Shown in pieces: positions 59,225 through 61,486 of a stretch of 61,486 nt of DNA. This DNA is from a virus (Duplodnaviria; Caudoviricetes), in IMG/VR virus record IMGVR_UViG_3300032215_000085, positions 1-61,486 of that record; one strand, 5' to 3'. The notes under the pieces were generated by a model. The model saw only the letters and a list, made by a program, of their open reading frames with translations, was not told the origin of the DNA and ran no database searches. Within the stretch, counting starts at the first letter, position 1, and each line of letters begins with the position of its first letter. The position numbers and the translations under genes were made by a program.

Positions 59225-61408
59225 ATGTCAGATAGATATTGGGTCGGGGGTACAGGCACCTGGGATGCCTCAACCACAACAAATTGGAGTACTGCTTCAG
59301 GTGGTGCATCGGGAGCAAGTGTGCCCACATCAGTTGACAGCGTGTTCTTTAATGTAAACTCCAATGTGGGAACAGGTACATTTACAGTTACAATAGCAAC
59401 AGGTACTCGATCTTGCTTGGACTTCACAGCATCGGGTCTTGATGGGGCCATGACTTTGGCCGTAACAGGCGGTGTGTCTGTTTATGGTAATTGGTCAACC
59501 CCGGCCGCAAACTTTTCTACAAGCGGTGTTGGTACTGTCGATTTTCTTACACCCACTGGTGCCAGCAATACTATAAACACATCTGATATATCTCTTGGTT
59601 CGATTGGTATTCTGTTTGGGTTTAGTGTAACAAGCACAGGGACTATCACACTAGCAAGTTCATTGACAACAACTGGTACATTAACTTTGACTTCTGGAAC
59701 ATTGGCCACCGCAGGATTTGCGGTATCTGCGGTCGGCATGCAGCACACCAGCGGAACTTTTGTACTAAATCTTGGAGCATCAACAGTCACATTAACTGGA
59801 ACTACTCCAGTTAATGTGACTGGCGCTGGGTTAACCATAAACGCAGGTACTTCTACTATTACTTGTAATAACACTGCTAGTACTACTTTTCTCCTGTATG
59901 CGGCCACAACATTTTATAATGTTGCATTTACAGGTGCAAACCAAGGTGTAACATTTAACGGTGCAACAACGCTGGTCAATACCCTGGTATTTAATAATTT
60001 ATCATTCTCTACTGGACCCACAACCGCAGGTCGAAAATCATTGAGTTTCTATGCTGGTTGTTCTTGCACCATCAATGGCACGTTGACAATAGCAGGTGGT
60101 GTGGATGCAAGATTTCGAAATAGTTTTGGTGCAGTAAATATTACGTATCTACAAATGTCTCTAACCTGCAATACATACGCCATTTCAAATGTTGATTTTA
60201 TAAATTGCGCTGTGTCTGGTACCACAGCAACTGGTACCAGCATTGGTGATGCAGGGGGCAATTCTAATATCACATTTACAACACCCAAAACTGTGTATTG
60301 GAGTCTGCTAACGGGCGGTGTAATTACTGGAACAGCGTATGCCACATCATCGGGTGGTACTCCAGCAAATGCAAATTTTCCACTGCCGCAAGACACACTG
60401 ATTTTTGATAACACCGGGTTGAATACCAGTGCCACAGTCACTTGGTCAACATCATATTATCTACCAGCAATAGATGCAAGTACAAGAACAAATGCAATGA
60501 CCATATCTTTTGGTACAACCACAAGTTATATCTGCGGTAATGTCAGTCTACCATCGAATGTAATAATAACCGCCTCAACTGGTTCTTTGGCCTTGCAAAC
60601 AATTGGATCAAATACAACAAACACCATTAGTATGGCCAGCTTCTCTGGGTTACAACTTGTTATCAATGGTTTCAATAATGGAACCATAAAACTTTTAAGA
60701 AATCTAACTCATAGTACCGTTGCCAACTCCCCTACTTCTCAGTACAGAGGAACATTTGATTTAAATGGATTTACTTTCATTTGTCCTTATTATACAGTGG
60801 TATCGGGAGTAGGATTCACTATGACATGTGTAATGGCGTTTGGCTCAGGAGGATCAATTGCAGTCAAGGCAACCCAATCAAATGCTTTTATAATTAACAA
60901 CGCAAACACTAGCTGGAGTTATACTGGTACTGGAACCATTAAAGGTAGTCTTTCGACTACCCCTGTGTTTACTATAAACAATCCAGCAGGACAGTCTTTG
61001 CCAACCATAGGACTCAATGGTACCGCTACAGTAACTATTTTAAATAGTTGTACTATTGCTGACGTAGCTGTTGTCACCGCAGGTGTAGCATGTGCATTGA
61101 AACTGACCAGCGGAATTACAGTAACAGCCACCAGCTTTACTCTAACTGGTTCTGCTGGGTTTTTAGCAAGTATCAGTGCTGTAACAGCAGGATCACGGGC
61201 CACACTGACCAAAGCAGACGGCAGAGTCAGCAGTGATTATTTGAGCATACAAGATATCGCAGCCACTGGTGGCGTCACATGGTATGCAGGTGCAAACAGT
61301 ACCAGCGTATCAAACAACACAGGATGGACATTCACAGCACCACCGCCACTAGTAGTTGGTAGTGGTATTATTGTTGGTGAAGGTATTAACTTCGTTACAA
61401 TCCCGTAA
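59225..61408 (+). CDS. Adhesin/tail-fibre-like beta-helical protein (727 aa)
   Basis: RYWVGGTGTWD..NWS..SGG N-terminus; T/G/S-rich; late promoter AATAAATA at 59196-59203. Confidence 0.7.
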   Translation: MSDRYWVGGTGTWDASTTTNWSTASGGASGASVPTSVDSVFFNVNSNVGTGTFTVTIATGTRSCLDFTASGLDGAMTLAVTGGVSVYGNWSTPAANFSTSGVGTVDFLTPTGASNTINTSDISLGSIGILFGFSVTSTGTITLASSLTTTGTLTLTSGTLATAGFAVSAVGMQHTSGTFVLNLGASTVTLTGTTPVNVTGAGLTINAGTSTITCNNTASTTFLLYAATTFYNVAFTGANQGVTFNGATTLVNTLVFNNLSFSTGPTTAGRKSLSFYAGCSCTINGTLTIAGGVDARFRNSFGAVNITYLQMSLTCNTYAISNVDFINCAVSGTTATGTSIGDAGGNSNITFTTPKTVYWSLLTGGVITGTAYATSSGGTPANANFPLPQDTLIFDNTGLNTSATVTWSTSYYLPAIDASTRTNAMTISFGTTTSYICGNVSLPSNVIITASTGSLALQTIGSNTTNTISMASFSGLQLVINGFNNGTIKLLRNLTHSTVANSPTSQYRGTFDLNGFTFICPYYTVVSGVGFTMTCVMAFGSGGSIAVKATQSNAFIINNANTSWSYTGTGTIKGSLSTTPVFTINNPAGQSLPTIGLNGTATVTILNSCTIADVAVVTAGVACALKLTSGITVTATSFTLTGSAGFLASISAVTAGSRATLTKADGRVSSDYLSIQDIAATGGVTWYAGANSTSVSNNTGWTFTAPPPLVVGSGIIVGEGINFVTIP

Positions 61409-61486
61409 CAGAAAATCAGAAAAGGCTCTTTGGAGCCTTTTTCTTTGGCATAATTTTTCTAATAAATACTATATTAAATAGGATAA
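61404..61486 (+). repeat. 83-bp direct repeat, copy 2 (reaches the window end)
   Basis: Identical to 59139-59221; contains the stop codon of the 727-aa gene. Confidence 0.95.

Noticed and set aside
1-61486. Stop-codon reassignment, diversity-generating retroelement, integrase or intein
   Set aside because: Genes are full length in the standard code; no reverse transcriptase, TR/VR pair, recombinase or intein motifs were recognised in this window

Overview
AT-rich segment of a large T4-like (contractile-tailed) phage genome, standard genetic code. Minus strand 1-13.9 kb: two fibre/decoration-like paralogues, a delta-9-type fatty-acid desaturase, the head module (gp23 capsid, gp22 scaffold, gp21 protease, acidic core protein, gp20 portal) and two tandem tape-measure-like paralogues, one with an M15 peptidase domain. 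Then come gp26-/gp51-like hub genes joined by a likely -1 frameshift, a ~370-nt structured non-coding region, a Holliday-junction resolvase, gp46/gp47 and the gp55 late sigma factor. Plus strand 20.5-50.5 kb is a baseplate/tail module that includes a 5373-aa giant protein, followed by a glycosyltransferase-like/radical-SAM cluster. The most unusual region is the right end. It holds a circularly permuted (two-piece) tmRNA gene (tag ANDSQFALAA) whose 376-nt intervening segment carries two small ORFs, each bracketed by its own inverted repeat. Next is an adhesin/fibre-like gene flanked by an exact 83-bp direct repeat (tmRNA tail + terminator + late promoter + RBS); a diverged third copy of this module lies at ~2.1 kb. 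All calls rest on motif recognition by eye; no searches were run.
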